Positions 14,025-26,549 of a DNA stretch of 64,000 bases are shown piece by piece; within the stretch, counting starts at the first letter, position 1, and each line of letters begins with the position of its first letter. The stretch is from Takakia lepidozioides (lineage: Eukaryota > Plantae > Bryophyta). The stretch lies in NCBI GenBank assembly GCA_030704615.1, contig CM060732.1, positions 37,758,001-37,822,000 on the forward strand. Reading direction: 5' to 3'. Below the pieces are notes generated by a model. It had not been told where the DNA came from. It worked only from the letters and a program-made list of their open reading frames with translations, and made no database searches. The position numbers were made by a program, and so were the translations under genes.

Positions 14025-15075
14025 GAGCCTCCCTCATACTTACTTTCTCCCACAGTTTAACAACAACGGGGAACTTGTAGATTAGGAAATATCCTACCAA
14101 AGTTCCAAGCCGGGATTCCAAAGCCCCAGTCAATAACTCAGCCCCAACACCAAAACGCCGTGCAATCTCCGCCAGAGAGAGTTGCCCCGCCTCTTGCAAG
14201 GTCTCATTAATCTCTTCAGCCACTGAATCCCAGTACCTCGAAGCCAAAATTTCCCCTTGTACTAGTGTCAGATCCGGATTGCTCTCTACAATTTGTTGTG
14301 CTTGCTTCTCACAATGAACGAGTTCCACTCCAAGGGTGGTGGCCAGGTCAACCAAAGACAGACGGCCCACGCGCCGGACCTCATCTTCCACTTCTTGTTT
14401 CAATCGCTCCTGCATTCAACGTATTAAGCAAGATTACAATTTCCACACCATACAAAAATTGCATAGAGCTCCAACTGATATTTCCAACCCAAGTTGTGAT
14501 TATGAAAAATGGCCCACTTGTATCCCCAATCCACCCATCGTAAGAAAATGGTCTCAGATCAAGTATGCAAGAAACAAATGCAGCTGTAGAAAGGTGTAGG
14601 ATTTAAACGGCATTTCCATTCCCAATCCTCTCTAGAGAGAAAAATTACGCCAGATCAAGCCGTTTGGAAGAGAGAAACTTGCAGCATTGCCTAGGTATGG
14701 GATTTTGAAACATGTATCATTCTCCCAATAATAATATTGCTCTTGCCATGCCTGGTGAGTCGAAAACCCTACGCCCCATATCGTATGAAAACCTCAAATC
14801 ACAGACTGAAAGAATCCATTTTCCAAATCGGAACGTCCTGACCCAATCTGTCAAAAAAGAACGCTGAGAACGAGCAGAGAATGAACAGGCCACGAACAGA
14901 CCTGGGTGATGTATTCTTTCCCAGAGACGGTGTGCAGCAGATCAGCGTCCAGGAGACCTAGCTCCTGCAGCTTACTGACGAGCTCAACTACATTGCGCTC
15001 CGACAACCGCAAACTCGCCTTAACTTCCTGTGCTTGCTCAAACAGCTTCTGCAACTCTCGGAGCTCCGCATCCAT
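5171..15075 (-). CDS. UFL1: E3 UFM1-protein ligase 1 (multi-exon, ~18 exons)
   Basis: Exons assemble into a plant UFL1: MDAELRELQKLFEQAQ...RLSERNVVELVSKL (14902-15075); GRLSLVDLATTLGV (~14100-14412); LEGGQLYTPAFVARIRAMVRGA (12044-12320); VFAVAQRESVEAFFSQ (~11651-11698); NGYITYDAVRKL (~11330-11393); VVLHRHLLRTTG (~7900-7963); SGLRLKKLDKKAERVLLHSY (~6975-7038); VHNRALQAPGRAI (~5760-5822); and DCASDRVITKREVLES to a TGA at 5171-5173. Confidence 0.95.
6491..6534 (-). mobile_element. 44-bp 5'-truncated non-LTR retroposon insertion with a 15-bp TSD (UFL1 intron)
   Basis: Flanked by the direct repeat TATTATAGTGATAGA at 6476-6490 and 6535-6549. The insert is near-identical to 20229-20272. Confidence 0.85.
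8240..8438 (+). mobile_element. LINE 3' end fragment, (ATTTC)n-tailed family, in a UFL1 intron
   Basis: Aligns by eye with 63745-63922 (ATGCTTGGC-GC-TACCTGCACGAGG ... TAAGCTC..GAGCTTTCCG.G.ACGTTATA.AGCACCATTTC). Confidence 0.75.
12440..14020 (+). repeat. Degenerate ~400-bp direct repeats in UFL1 intron 2, each with the GGCCACAAGGCTAC...ATGAGTACATT end; finishes in a (TC)~31 microsatellite
   Basis: The motif recurs at ~12500, 12900, 13335 and 13930. Shared blocks (GCCCTCACAAAGGTAGTATCTGTTCCCT; CACCTCTGTTC.CCAACTT) appear three times. (TC)n spans 13959-14020. Confidence 0.8.
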
Positions 15076-15597
15076 GGCTCCAACTATTCAACAAACTCCC
15101 TCACTCCCTCAGTAATCTCTGTGTAGAGCAAAGCAATGCATTCTTTCCTAAGCCTTCAACCCTAGGATTGATTCGAAGCCTCAATCCCTCGCACCACTAA
15201 CTTACATTCTCTCATCTCCCTCATTCCCTCATCTCTCACATTTGCATTCCCCACGTTTGTTTCCACGCAGTCTTCACGGAGATCTAGATGCAGGCCGTGA
15301 GTTCAAATTCGTAAACTAAACAAAGCAACAAACAACAGGACTAGTCACGAGCAGGTACGTCCGACGAAGTGCGGTTTTCTCTTCGGACAATTTGCATAGC
15401 TTAAAGAAATGCGTGGTTTAGGTTTAGGGTTAGAGGACGGAGTTCTGGGAGGTGTTGGAGAGGGGCACTCTCCTCTTTACCGAGGATCCACGCTCGCAGG
15501 TGGATTGGTCGCTAGGGCATAAGAGGAGGCAGGAGGTTTGATGCGAGGAAAACAGTGCGACAACACTAGAAGAGAGTGAAAAAGAGACAGGAAGAAA
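15076..15597. promoter_or_regulatory. Probable bidirectional promoter and 5' UTRs of UFL1 and LEO1, with telo-box-like motifs
   Basis: The start codons are 522 bp apart in head-to-head orientation. GGTTTAGGTTTAGGGTTAG lies at ~15415-15433 and AACCCTAG at ~15158. Confidence 0.6.
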
Positions 15598-18500
15598 ATG
15601 GGGGAGGAGAAGCGACATGAGATGATGGCGACTTTGTTCGGCGCGGAGTCTGAGGACTCGGACGACGAGCCTGAGGTGGCACGCGCTGCTGCCTCATTTC
15701 AATATGTGAGTATGATTTATGTGTAGCCTGTAGAGAGAGAGATGACGCCAACCGAAGTTAGCGTAAATAAGAGCTTCTGCTCCTTGCGGGGTACTGCAGG
15801 TTGGCTCTATGTGTAACGTGTATATTCTGTCTCGCTCTCATACACACGCATGTACGCTTTCCAGGGGTTTTGCTATTGTTAAGCTAACATAGGTTTTTTT
15901 TTTCATCTTGTCTTATAGCTACATATGGAAGTGGTTCAAAGAATTGACAAGTATAGGACATAGAGGGAGGTAAGGAGAAGGGGCGAGGTAGTGTTCTATT
16001 CCTCCACTCTGTTGCCCTTTGTTGTCTACCGTGATTCTTCCTTGTTGCTGGTAGAGTAATTGTGTGTCATGTTCCTTTTCTTGTCAACCAAACAATTGGG
16101 TTATGGTCTCTAATTGGAAGGAGAGCTTGTGTGCCCTCCCATTAATCGGAGGGCAGGTCCATAGAAGTGAATTCAAAGGTCAGAAAGTGTGTGGACAAGC
16201 ATGTCTGCATGTCTCTGCCCTTGCCTCCTCAGTGTTGCTCTCTTTATGCTTGCCAGTAGTGTTGTTTGTCAGTAAATGTGTTCTGATCTTTTTTCTTCAG
16301 TTGTACTGCCTCTCACTATCAGTGAAGACATTATCTCAACCCTGCCTTTCTCCTCTTTTCCTCTCGTCTTCTGGCTTCCAGGCTCCTTGAACTGAATCTG
16401 CCAGAGATCTCACTTATTTTCTTATGCTTTCTTTAGCAACCTTTTTCATGGATGCCAGTCATGTGGGAGATAATTTGGAAGAATATTCTCTGCCACAACA
16501 AACAGAAATTGACTTGCTCAAACACTCACTCTAGTTGTGTGTGCATCTTTCTAACCATGTCGTGTAGTTTTAAGCTTTTTCTTTCGGTGTGAACAATAAC
16601 TAAGCACAGCTTCAGGATGAAGGAGATGATGAGGAGGGAGATGGAGATGGGGAGGCGGAAGTGGAGAGCGAAGCTGAACCAGGGCGAAGTGAGGGTGAGG
16701 ATCGTGCTGACAATGACAGGGCCGGAGAGGGAGAGAGTGATGCTGAAAGGGAGGTTGAAGTGAGTGCCAGCGGATCAGAGCACTCAGATCATGCTCGGGC
16801 TGTGGAGGACGGTGAGGAGGAGGATGTTCGGGGACTTAGGGAGGCAAGGTACTGGCATCATCTTCAAACCTTTCTGCCAACAACAATCTCAGCATTGAAA
16901 GTTAACCTCACCATGGAGCAAGACTTTTACTTCGCTTGCATCTCTACATTTGTGTAGAATCCTGTAGTTACATCAGAACACAGTAGGTTCATGGGAAGGT
17001 GTGTGGAAGGGGCACACTAATTCACGAAGATGTTGAGTAGTGCAGCAAAGAAAGTTGAGCTACTACTTGAACTGGCACTGAGTGACAATGGCTGGGTAGT
17101 GCTTCCTAGTGCTTCCTAGGCATTTACCAGCCATCACTGAGCTGCACATTGCTCCATGTCTGTTGTGTGACTTCATTCTGCTGACTGAAGTTGGTGAACT
17201 TCACCCGCTTTCACCTCCACTCTTTCCATCCTCGTGAGGGCAGTGAGGGAGGGGAAGATGAGCAACAGGGGTCAAGGGAAAGAGTGGAGGTGGCAGAGGC
17301 TCGTGAGGTTTTTGGGGAATCAGATGAAGATGAGGATCAGGAACATGAGGTTCTGGAACGGCGTAGCGAAGAGAGCTTGCAGGCCAGTCCTGAGGTAACG
17401 TCCCTTCTCACGTTGAAGTTCTGTTTTGTGTTCCAGATCTGCCTCAGTGTTGGGTTTGGTCTTTTGGCAATGGTCACACGTGTTCTCTATTTGACTCCCT
17501 GACCTAGTCTACATCATGACAGAGTTTGTGCTCAAGATAGCAGTCCGTGGGATGGGGCTTTCTCCCAAACTCTTGTAATACACCCCTTTGGTGGTAGTAG
17601 AACTATCAGGCCTCACATAAGGGCACAAGAGAGCTTCCCAACCATACAGCTTAAGGCTATGTTTGTATAGGGCCAGAGTGGCAACAGTCTCACCTGCTGA
17701 TGTCCCGGCAATTGTGATACTATGGGAAGTCTCGTCTAGGAAGCAGTTGGCCTCTCTTCTTTCATGGTATGGTAAGCGTTTGGTCACAATTCTGTTTGTA
17801 TCTTGTCGTGCAGACCTGGGGTCTTTAATGTAGTGTTTCGTGAAGTGAGGTGGCATTGTGTCAATGTGGAGGGCCAACTTGGGATTTTTTTGGGTCAGCA
17901 GGCTCGCTCAGAGAAGGGAAGTGAGGGAGAGGGTGTTAGGCCCGATGACATAGTAGGCAATGACGAGGATGAGGATGTGCGGTATGAGTCAGATGAGGAA
18001 CAACAAGTGGAGCGTAAGCGTGAGAAGCCTACAGGACCCCCTTTGGTGCTGGAGTTGCCCTTACGTCGCCCGCCAGGCAGGCCTGATCAGGCATGCATTG
18101 CTTTTAAGAAATGCTGGGTTTGAGTATCAGTAGTGTGTTTATCTTGTTCTGACAGAAAGGGTATAAAGAGGGTGTGTTGCTCTGTCAAGGTTGATCTAAT
18201 GTGAAAGCACAAATCCTTACTGAACCTGGAAATAAAAGGCAGCTCACTGAGCTAATCAAGGACAGCCAACCAAACATTGATGGCTAGACCTCCTGTCATA
18301 AGTGACAAGGGGTTTCAGTCCAGCAGGGTATACGAGACTCATCCCAAACTGGCCATAGTGCTTGGGCAACTGCTAATGCCAGATTGTTGAATTGCATGAT
18401 ATACAAGCTAATTTAGACTTCAGGCTAGAAAGCACAATTTTGCTGCTATAGACACTAATTTGGCCACAGAGGAGGTGTGGGGGTTGAATGTCTTGGGGCT

Positions 18501-21500
18501 GTGGCATGGGCCACTGATAACGAGGTTGAGAAGTACACTGAGGCGGCTGGGTGGGGGTGGCATTGTAGATGAATCTGGTGCGAGTGTCCAACATAATGGA
18601 CATAGATACCAAGCCATTTGATCCCAAGACATATGAGGCTGAGGAGATGTTTGTGACAGATGAAGTCACTGGCCGCAAGCAACGGCTGCGCCTGGAAGAA
18701 AATGTAGTGCGTTGGCGTGCTGTCCGCAACCGGGAAGGCTCCCACTTGGTCAGTTCCCCTGCTAAGAGCTTCAAAACTTGATGAAACTAACACGGACCAT
18801 TTCTAGCTGAAGAAGAGAGTGTTTAGACCGCACTTGCTGGAGCGTGTGGCAACACTCTCCCGTTCCCCTTGGTTAGCGTATAGGGTTGTACTCAATTGTT
18901 GCAAGTTGGAGTGTAGAGACAGTGGGATAGAGATGTAGGTGCCAAAAGTTGTAGTACATGGTCATATTTTTAGCACGCAGATATCACTCTGGAAGAACTG
19001 GAGAGCAAGTTGTTCTGGAATTGTTGAATCTTCTCCACATTGTTAGTTGTCATGACGAATTTCGTTGTCGTCGCGCAAATGTGTGTCGTCTGTGCAGTAT
19101 GAGAGTAATGCACGGTTTGTGAAGTGGTCGGACGGTAGTACACAGCTGTTGCTTGGCAGTGAAGTCTTGGACCTGTCTGTACAAGATGCCCGCCACGATC
19201 AATCCCACCTCTTCCTCCGCCATGCTAAGGTCTTTTCCACCCATATAATCAGTGGAGAGTGTTAGTGGCTAGTCATTACTATTCACTAAATGTTTAATTG
19301 TCTTGTACCTATGATTGATATCAGGCTGAAGTGATGTCTATTTGTTCTTTGTTTGTCTGTATTTTGTTGTCATTGTAACGTTGTACAATTTGTTCAGCAT
19401 GTATTGTTAGATAGGTTTTCATATCCTTCCTGGGAAGAGCTTCTAGTTTTGCTTGGAGGTGCTGGCCCACATCCTCGAGTAGTTGATTGTTGAAAACGTT
19501 GAAGAGCAGAGGGGAGAGGGTACATCCTTGAGCACCTTTCTTGTGTAGATTGACAATGAACCCCCTGTCGCCAGCGAAAGGGGATGATTTCAGTCCTCCA
19601 GATAAGATTAAAGAGAAGTACAAGGGCCTCTATCATGGGGTTGCCACCGTGCTTGATAAGCTCGTTGACGATGCCATCAGGTCCGCCAGCTTTATATCCA
19701 TTTAAATGCTCAATTACTTCCATAATCTCAGAAAAACTAATGGGAGCGTTGTAACCCTTTGAAATATACTCCAGTTTATCAGGGCTGTCTTGAGTCATAG
19801 GAATAGTCTTTTCAACTGTCCTTCCATTCTCTAGAAGACCCCTCACTGTTAGACCTAGAATTTCTGCCAAGGGTACTGTAGTGAGTTACAAAGGTTTTGA
19901 CAATAAAGGAGGGTACCTTCGAATTAAAAACCTCCAGACGCATCCTAATACTATAACCCGATGTCAACCGTTGAAGTCACCACTGCACCCGTAGTAGTCC
20001 TCAGCGCTTGTTCTTGCTGACAATTCTTCGGATTGTACAGACGTTGAAGGGCCAACCAGAATCTCTTGTCATTACCACCAAGGTGGTTTGAGTTTATTTC
20101 ACTGTTATAACGTGTCCCAATATAATTTCGTCTGAGACCTTACAAGCTGATTGATGTCTTTGCGGATCTGGTAGTACGTAGCCCACAATTCTTTGTTGAC
20201 TTTCAAATTGCAGCACTCAAGGAAGAGATTGTACTCATAAGACGTTGTTTGCCGTAGCCTTGTGGCCATTGACCCCGCTCCCAGTTTGAGCGGGAACAAC
20301 TCAAGGAAGAGAGAGAGAGAGAGAGAGAGAGTATGTGTGTGTGTGTTTTCCCTCTATTTGGAAAATTACGTCTTGTACTGTTGGCATTGGTAAAGCAGCC
20401 AGCCACCCAAAGCTGCAGGTTGTTTGTTTGTATTGAGGGTCTTGAGGTGGGCTATGGACAGAGTGTATTGCAATCGCAAGGGCGGCTGGTGCATAAAATG
20501 AAGTTCATGCCGTCATCCCTTACATCCAAGTCACATCGCTTGCTCACAGCGCTGGTGGACTCACGCCATAAGAAGGTCTTCAAAGTCAAGAATGTGATTA
20601 CCACCATGGACCCTGAAAAAGAAAAGGAGGAGAAGGAGAAGGTAGACACACCTCTCTCTCCCTGTCTTATCTTCTCTTTTCTCTCCCTCTGACATAGGTG
20701 TGGCGGTCCATGCCATATGTGAGGAGCGGTGATGATACCCACGTGAGATTCAGGTTGTTGTTATGCTCGTAGCCAATAATTTTCACTCCTTACAGGTAAC
20801 AGATAGATCTGTTTTACAAAGTTCAGGGGATCCTGAGAAATTTGGCCATAATCAATCACGTCACCCGCTTGAAGTCATAATAAGGAACTTGTAGAAAATG
20901 GGCAGGAACTGACAGCAAAGGAAAGGTGTGGGTTTTTGTTAAAAGGCTGCAGAGCAGCGTATACGGAGTAAGGAGGACTTGCAACGCAAGCAGGAGAAGA
21001 TGACACGCAAGTACCCGTCTCAAGTTGTACGCGACCGTGAGCTCCATCAGCAGCTGTCACCTGGTTATCTGGAGGGTGCCTTGGATGAGGTAATGTGTGC
21101 ACTGTTTTGAGGATTCCAACTATCTATTCAGATTTTTGTTACAGCAGTAAAGTACACTCTTGCTCCGTGTCAACGCAATTCTGTAGCTTTACAATCTCTG
21201 ATAAAGCTGCACTTCAAATAGTACTAAACCCCCTTCATGGCGTCCTTATGGGGTTTGGCCCTCTAGAACTCTTCAGAATAAAATTGCGACAAAATAACTT
21301 AGCAAGTATAGATGAAGGGTAAAAAGGTAACAGAAAATATAGAGAGAGGCTATGACATTGGTGTGAGGTTGTAACGGGTGTCCAGGAGGATGAAGTAGAG
21401 GAGTATACAGAGAGGAGAGAGTCGCGAAGGTTTGAGGAGCAATTGGAGGCCGAGGAGCGTGCCGAAAGGAGAATCATGTCTGCCAAAAGGGTATCTCACT

Positions 21501-22713
21501 TTTTCCATTGCCATTATTGTGAAAGTCGATTTCTGTATGTGCATCTTGATAACATGTATGGAATAATAATAGTTGGTTGCACTACCCATCAGAGTCACTC
21601 CATTCTTGGGTTATTTACCAACCCTCTTATGTCCATATGTTTATGTGAGTTGCTCCTTGGAAGTGAAGTTTGGGATGACTAGCTTCCCATGTAGGAAAGG
21701 TAATCAGCAGGTAATCAGCAGATAGGACCTTCTCGCCCTCTTTCCCAACTTTGATCCTAGCAGTCACACCAGCAAGACAGTTTCATGAGAATATTATTAC
21801 CGAGCTTTTAGTACTGGTTTGAGCCCTTGTGGCCCCCATTATGCCCAACTCTCCTTTACCCCCTTTCTGCCTAAGGAATGTGAGGACCATGGCCGTAGGG
21901 CTACATCAAGCACATCTAAATAGCTCGTCATTTTAATACAAATCCATCCCCTGGTGCTCTTTAAATTTCCGGGTTTCAACGACATACATGATGATACCTG
22001 GCTATTGACAATTCTGTTCTGTCCAAAATGCTGAATTTGTTGTAATGTACTGGTTTGTTATGCAGCAACCCCCAGCAAGAGAACCACTGAGGAGACCGAA
22101 GGACAGGCGGGCCCCACTGCCAAAGCGTGACCTCATAGAAGACTCTTTGTCAGAGGCAAGCGAGCGGGAGCTGTCGGCATATGGTAGTGATCACCAAGAT
22201 GACGATGATGATGTTGGCATGATTGATCGAAGAGGAGAGGAGGATGAGGATGAGGGCAATAGGACATTGGCAGATCGGGGCATATCAAGGGAGCGCGAGG
22301 TGAGACTTAAGACCATGTTGTTCGGTTCTCTTCTTGCTTGCTGGACCAAATCTGATCATCTTATCTGAACAACGGCTCAGTTGGAAGGAGTGCAACAAAC
22401 TGTCTCCATTTGCTCTTGAGCAACTAACAGACTCTTTGAGAATTTCCAATTGTTAGGCTTTTACTTTGTACTGTTTGAATCAGCTGATATAATCCGAGAC
22501 TCCAGTCCTCAAGTGTTTGCTGTGTCTGAGGGGGATTCAACCTTCAATTTCAATCTTCTGGGGTGGTGGCTATGGCAGGAGAAGAGACGTGCAGATAGAG
22601 ATGATGATGACAGGAAGCGAAAGAGAGAGAGAGAGGAGCGTGAGCCTTCACCTCTGAAAAAAGCTGTGCAACGTCGGCGTGTTGTTGTTAGTGATAGTGA
22701 AGAGGAAGACTAA
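15598..22713 (+). CDS. LEO1: RNA polymerase-associated protein LEO1 (PAF1 complex; VIP4 orthologue), ~11 exons
   Basis: MGEEKRHEMMATLFG (15598) and acidic exons precede the Leo1 domain: MNLVRVSNIMDIDTKPFDPKTY...RLEENVVRWR (18569-18748), YESNARFVKWSDGSTQLLLGSEVLD...SHLFLRH (~19097-19228) and LQSQGRLVHKMKFMPSSLTSKSHRLLTALVDSRHKK (20461-20641). The C-terminus RRRVVVSDSEEED* ends at 22713. Confidence 0.95.
19321..20214 (-). mobile_element. Degenerate LINE ORF2 (RT) fragment in a LEO1 intron
   Basis: Non-LTR RT motifs KAGGPDGIVNELIK...LFNLIW..EIIP.RW and QGCTLSPLLFNVF lie in broken frames. Confidence 0.85.
20229..20298 (-). mobile_element. 70-bp 5'-truncated non-LTR retroposon insertion with a 14-bp TSD
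   Basis: Direct repeat ACTCAAGGAAGAGA at 20215-20228 and 20299-20312, adjacent to (GA)n. Same 3' terminus as 6491-6534. Confidence 0.85.
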
Positions 22714-23736
22714 GGCAGTGCCTAATATATTACATGTAGTAACAATGGGCCAAGATTGGGTGTGTAAATTGATCACTCGTGGATAAATGGTCGAACATAA
22801 TTTGTTCTTGTAAGAAGCAGTTTAGATGGTTGAGTTGAGTTTAGATGGGTGGTCATTGGTCCTTCAGCTGTCTCTGTCTGCCTTTCAAACTTCTCTGATG
22901 AATTCTAAGTGCTAACAGAGATTCTCATTCAATCAGGCCTGCCATATTGGAATGGCTTATGGAGGAGAAAAGAGTGGGTTTACATGTGGCTGGACAGTCT
23001 TGAAAGCCTTGGCTGGGTCCATGGGCTCAGAAGCCCCTTTCTACCCCTGCATGGGTGTGTCCATGTGCCTGTTCTGGTCTTGGGGTCAAGTGTTGTGGGG
23101 GTAAATAGATTTTTGTTTACCCTCCAGATAAGAGTAAATAGAAGTGAGAAGATTATATATCCTCGGGGTAAGGGTAAATGCAAATTTGATGATTTATTTA
23201 TCCTTCCGGTAAAGGGCAAAGCCAATATATCCATGAGCGCAAGTGTAAAGATTTACCTTCTGTATATCCAAAAGGTTAAACCAAGAGTATACTGAAAGAT
23301 ATGTAGGTTGTACGGGATTGTTATGCTCAGTCATTCTGGGTGTAATAGGTAGGGTTGAGTATATGATATCGTGAGAAATGGGGGGCTGACCATGATATTT
23401 TCATCACACTACAGATAATAATGAGAACAAAATGTGAGTCCCTGGTGCTCTGCAGTTTGCGGTGAGGAACATTCAATTGCCTCATCGTCTCTCTTGTCTG
23501 TGATTCAAATGCTGATCAGCACATGACGGGATTAACCTTCGATCAGGGAAGCTTACGATGTGGTTTTCAAGCTTTGACGAGTAAATCCAGCCTATTTTTC
23601 GGACTCCATCGGCCTCCCAAGCTTCCTCGCATAATTTTAACGGCACCTCCAGCAACAGATTCCTTTAGCATCATCTCTTACAGGATCGGTCAGCCTCCCT
23701 CCTTTACCCCAGAGAGGAACAATGTGCCAGGGTGAA

Positions 23737-24080
23737 TGGCAGTCGGGACGGCAATGCGGCGCCGCATTGCTGTCATCCGTCCATGCCCTTTCGGATGCCC
23801 TTTCTCGGACGTTCCACGTAGGTACCAGTGTGGATGCTTGTCCAAATGGAAATGTGGTGACGGAAATTCCAGATGGAAATGCGGTGCTGCATTTCCGTCC
23901 ACATGAACAGTCATCCTCCCTCCTTTAGAGGAACAAAGTGCCATGGGAAATGGCAGTCGGGACGGGAATGCGGCATTTCCATCCCGACTTTCATCCACCT
24001 TTGCCCTTTCTCAGTCGTTACACGTAGGTGTTAGTGTGGATGCCTATCCAGACGGAAATGCGGTGCTGCATTTCCGTCCA
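23737..24080. repeat. Two diverged ~130-165 bp direct repeats, probably subterminal repeats of a DNA transposon
   Basis: ATGGCAGTCGGGACGG...GGAAATGCGGTGCTGCATTTCCGTCCA at 23737-23901 and 23950-24080. TGGATGAA repeats follow to ~24320. Confidence 0.7.
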
Positions 24081-26549
24081 GAGGAGTTTCTCCTTTCATA
24101 GCGCATTCGGTACATAAGGAACCATATGTGGGCGACGAGGCGAAGTGCAGAAAAGAGCTTATACTAAATGTTGCTTAATGATTGTGTTTGCAGAGACCGA
24201 ATATAGAAGAATGGTGTGGATGAATTAATGAGGATGAAGGAGAGTCAATGTGGATGGCACGCTTCGAATATGGATGAATGTGGATGAAAAGTTATGGATG
24301 AAATATCGTGGATGAATGTTGAACGAGGATGTCATTATAACATTTATCTAAACCAAGCACAATGATCAATGTCGTTTGCACAAACATTACAAATTGGAGA
24401 AAATCCCTCATGAAGCACATGATAAGATTTAATCAATGTCTGCCATTTGGGGAAAGGTAGACTGATGAAAGCAACGTAGAATAAGACAACACAGTAAATG
24501 TGAAACAGATCTTTGATTCTTTGATTTTCTCCCACTGGTTATTACAACATTCCACTGTGCAACACGCTCCACTTTCGTTTTCCTCTTCAGTGTCGACACA
24601 TTGTGAGCCATTGCAGCACCATACTTCCTGCAACGCACCTTATCACCACCCTAAACTGGCACTCGACTGAAAATGCGACCTAGTGGCCTTGCCAGTGAGG
24701 TACAATCTGCTCATCTGAGAGCACTGAAATTTTCAAGCTTATTCTTTAGTTGTAAGCATACCCATTAGTTGTAACAACATATTAGAAGATGAATTTGGCT
24801 ACCGGTTGTGCATGAGGAGGAGTTCTAGGTCTTTCACATTGTGCACCAAAAATTCAAATGACGAAACCACTAGGCAGCACATGCTTTGTCTTCTTGTTTG
24901 ACCCATAACCAATGTTAGGCATCAGTGTGGCGCCATTGAACATATGAGGCTGAGCATGCATGTTAACTTTGCTCATGCAGCTTTCTAGAATCATGTGAAA
25001 TCCAGACTGTAATGACTAACTGCTTGGAGTACATTGTTGTCAATGCATACAAGCCATGAACTGTGCAGCCAACAAGCAGGCAATCATGATTAACAATTGA
25101 GAACAAGCAAAATGTGATACCATCCTATAACTACATTACCACGAACCCACTTTCCAATGCAACCATGGTATTATGAAGTTGCGTAGGGACACAAAATGTG
25201 TTACACTCGCGGCTCGCCACATCACCACAATAAAAAAATAAAATGAAGTTTGCATTTCAGTCACTACAACTAATATCCCCCGAAACTTGGGCACTGTCAT
25301 CGACAAAAACCCGAGCTCTGAGGTGCTTGTTGGGCTTCCGAGCAGGCCGACAGGCAGTTGGGGGAGACATCGTAACACTCTGCTGACGAGCAATGGCCTC
25401 CGCGTAGTTAGGGAGGATGTATGAACAAGGAGGGTTGCACCACAAGTCACTCTGAAAAACAAAGACGTCGTGCAAACCCAAATTACATGTACTGCATTAG
25501 CTAATGTGAAAGACAAGGGTGGGGGGGGCTACAACATGCTATAACTGGGAAGCGAATACCAAACGAACTTACTCACATGTGAAATCGTCGTCGAGGTCCT
25601 TGTCGTCTCCCTCGTTGATATCAACATGCACTACAGCCTCTTGCTCTTTGGCGGCAAGCATTGGCCCTTGCAACTCTTGGAGGAGGTCAGTAAAAATGGT
25701 CACATCCCCTTCCATACCCAACAAATGTCGGCCCGCTGCGTTGCAAGCATGGTACGAAGCTCCTGCAAGACACAGTTGTGTTACTAAGATGTTACAAATG
25801 AGCAAATGCATACAAAAGGACAAAAAAAACAGTGCAACTTCACCCCTTCAAATTGAGTACGTTGACGCACTCAATTCTGGAGGGGTGAACAGAAAAATGA
25901 ATGAAGCAGACAAGAGAAGAATGCTACCATTTATCGGAGTGGATGATTACCATTTGTCATGCCCAGATAGGCAGCAAACATGAACTACCATCCAAAACCA
26001 GAAGCATGACTCAAGGGGGACGAACCACAGTTGCGCTTGTGGCCCTCTAAAACTGTGTGCGTCAACGCACTCAATTTTGGAGGGCCACAAGTGGATTTTT
26101 TTATTTTTTTTATTTTTTTCAGGTTCTTTGGGTTCTCCCTTCTTTCCTGCCTAGAACTGAGTGCGTCAACGCACCCAATTTCTTCACTCATAAAGGAGCT
26201 CCGTAAACGCACTCAGTTTTTCGACACCAACTGTGAAGGGTTCTCTTCAAGTTCCTCTTTGTGCACAATGGATACACATAAAGAATTCATGGTGTGGAAT
26301 CCCCCCCGCACTCAGTGAAACTGGGGCTCTTTGGACAATATTATTCTCTTCCATCTCCTCTCTCTTTGAATGATGTTCTATCTGCTGACCTATTTCGATA
26401 AATGGAGGAGAACACCCCTAGAAACTGTGTGCGTCGACACACTCAATTTCTGGAGGTCTTGGGTTGTCTCCAATTTTTGAATCCTCACATGATGGTTCTA
26501 TTTCTGTCCGTGATTGCCGGAAAAGAGAATAAAATGGCACCCCTGAAAA

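Noticed and set aside
13864-14098. ER-repeat extension of the UFL1 exon 2 ORF
   Set aside because: Read-through into the intron and (GA)n microsatellite past the splice donor.
23407-23425. CACTACAG as a CACTA terminus
   Set aside because: No matching inverted terminus or 3-bp TSD was found.
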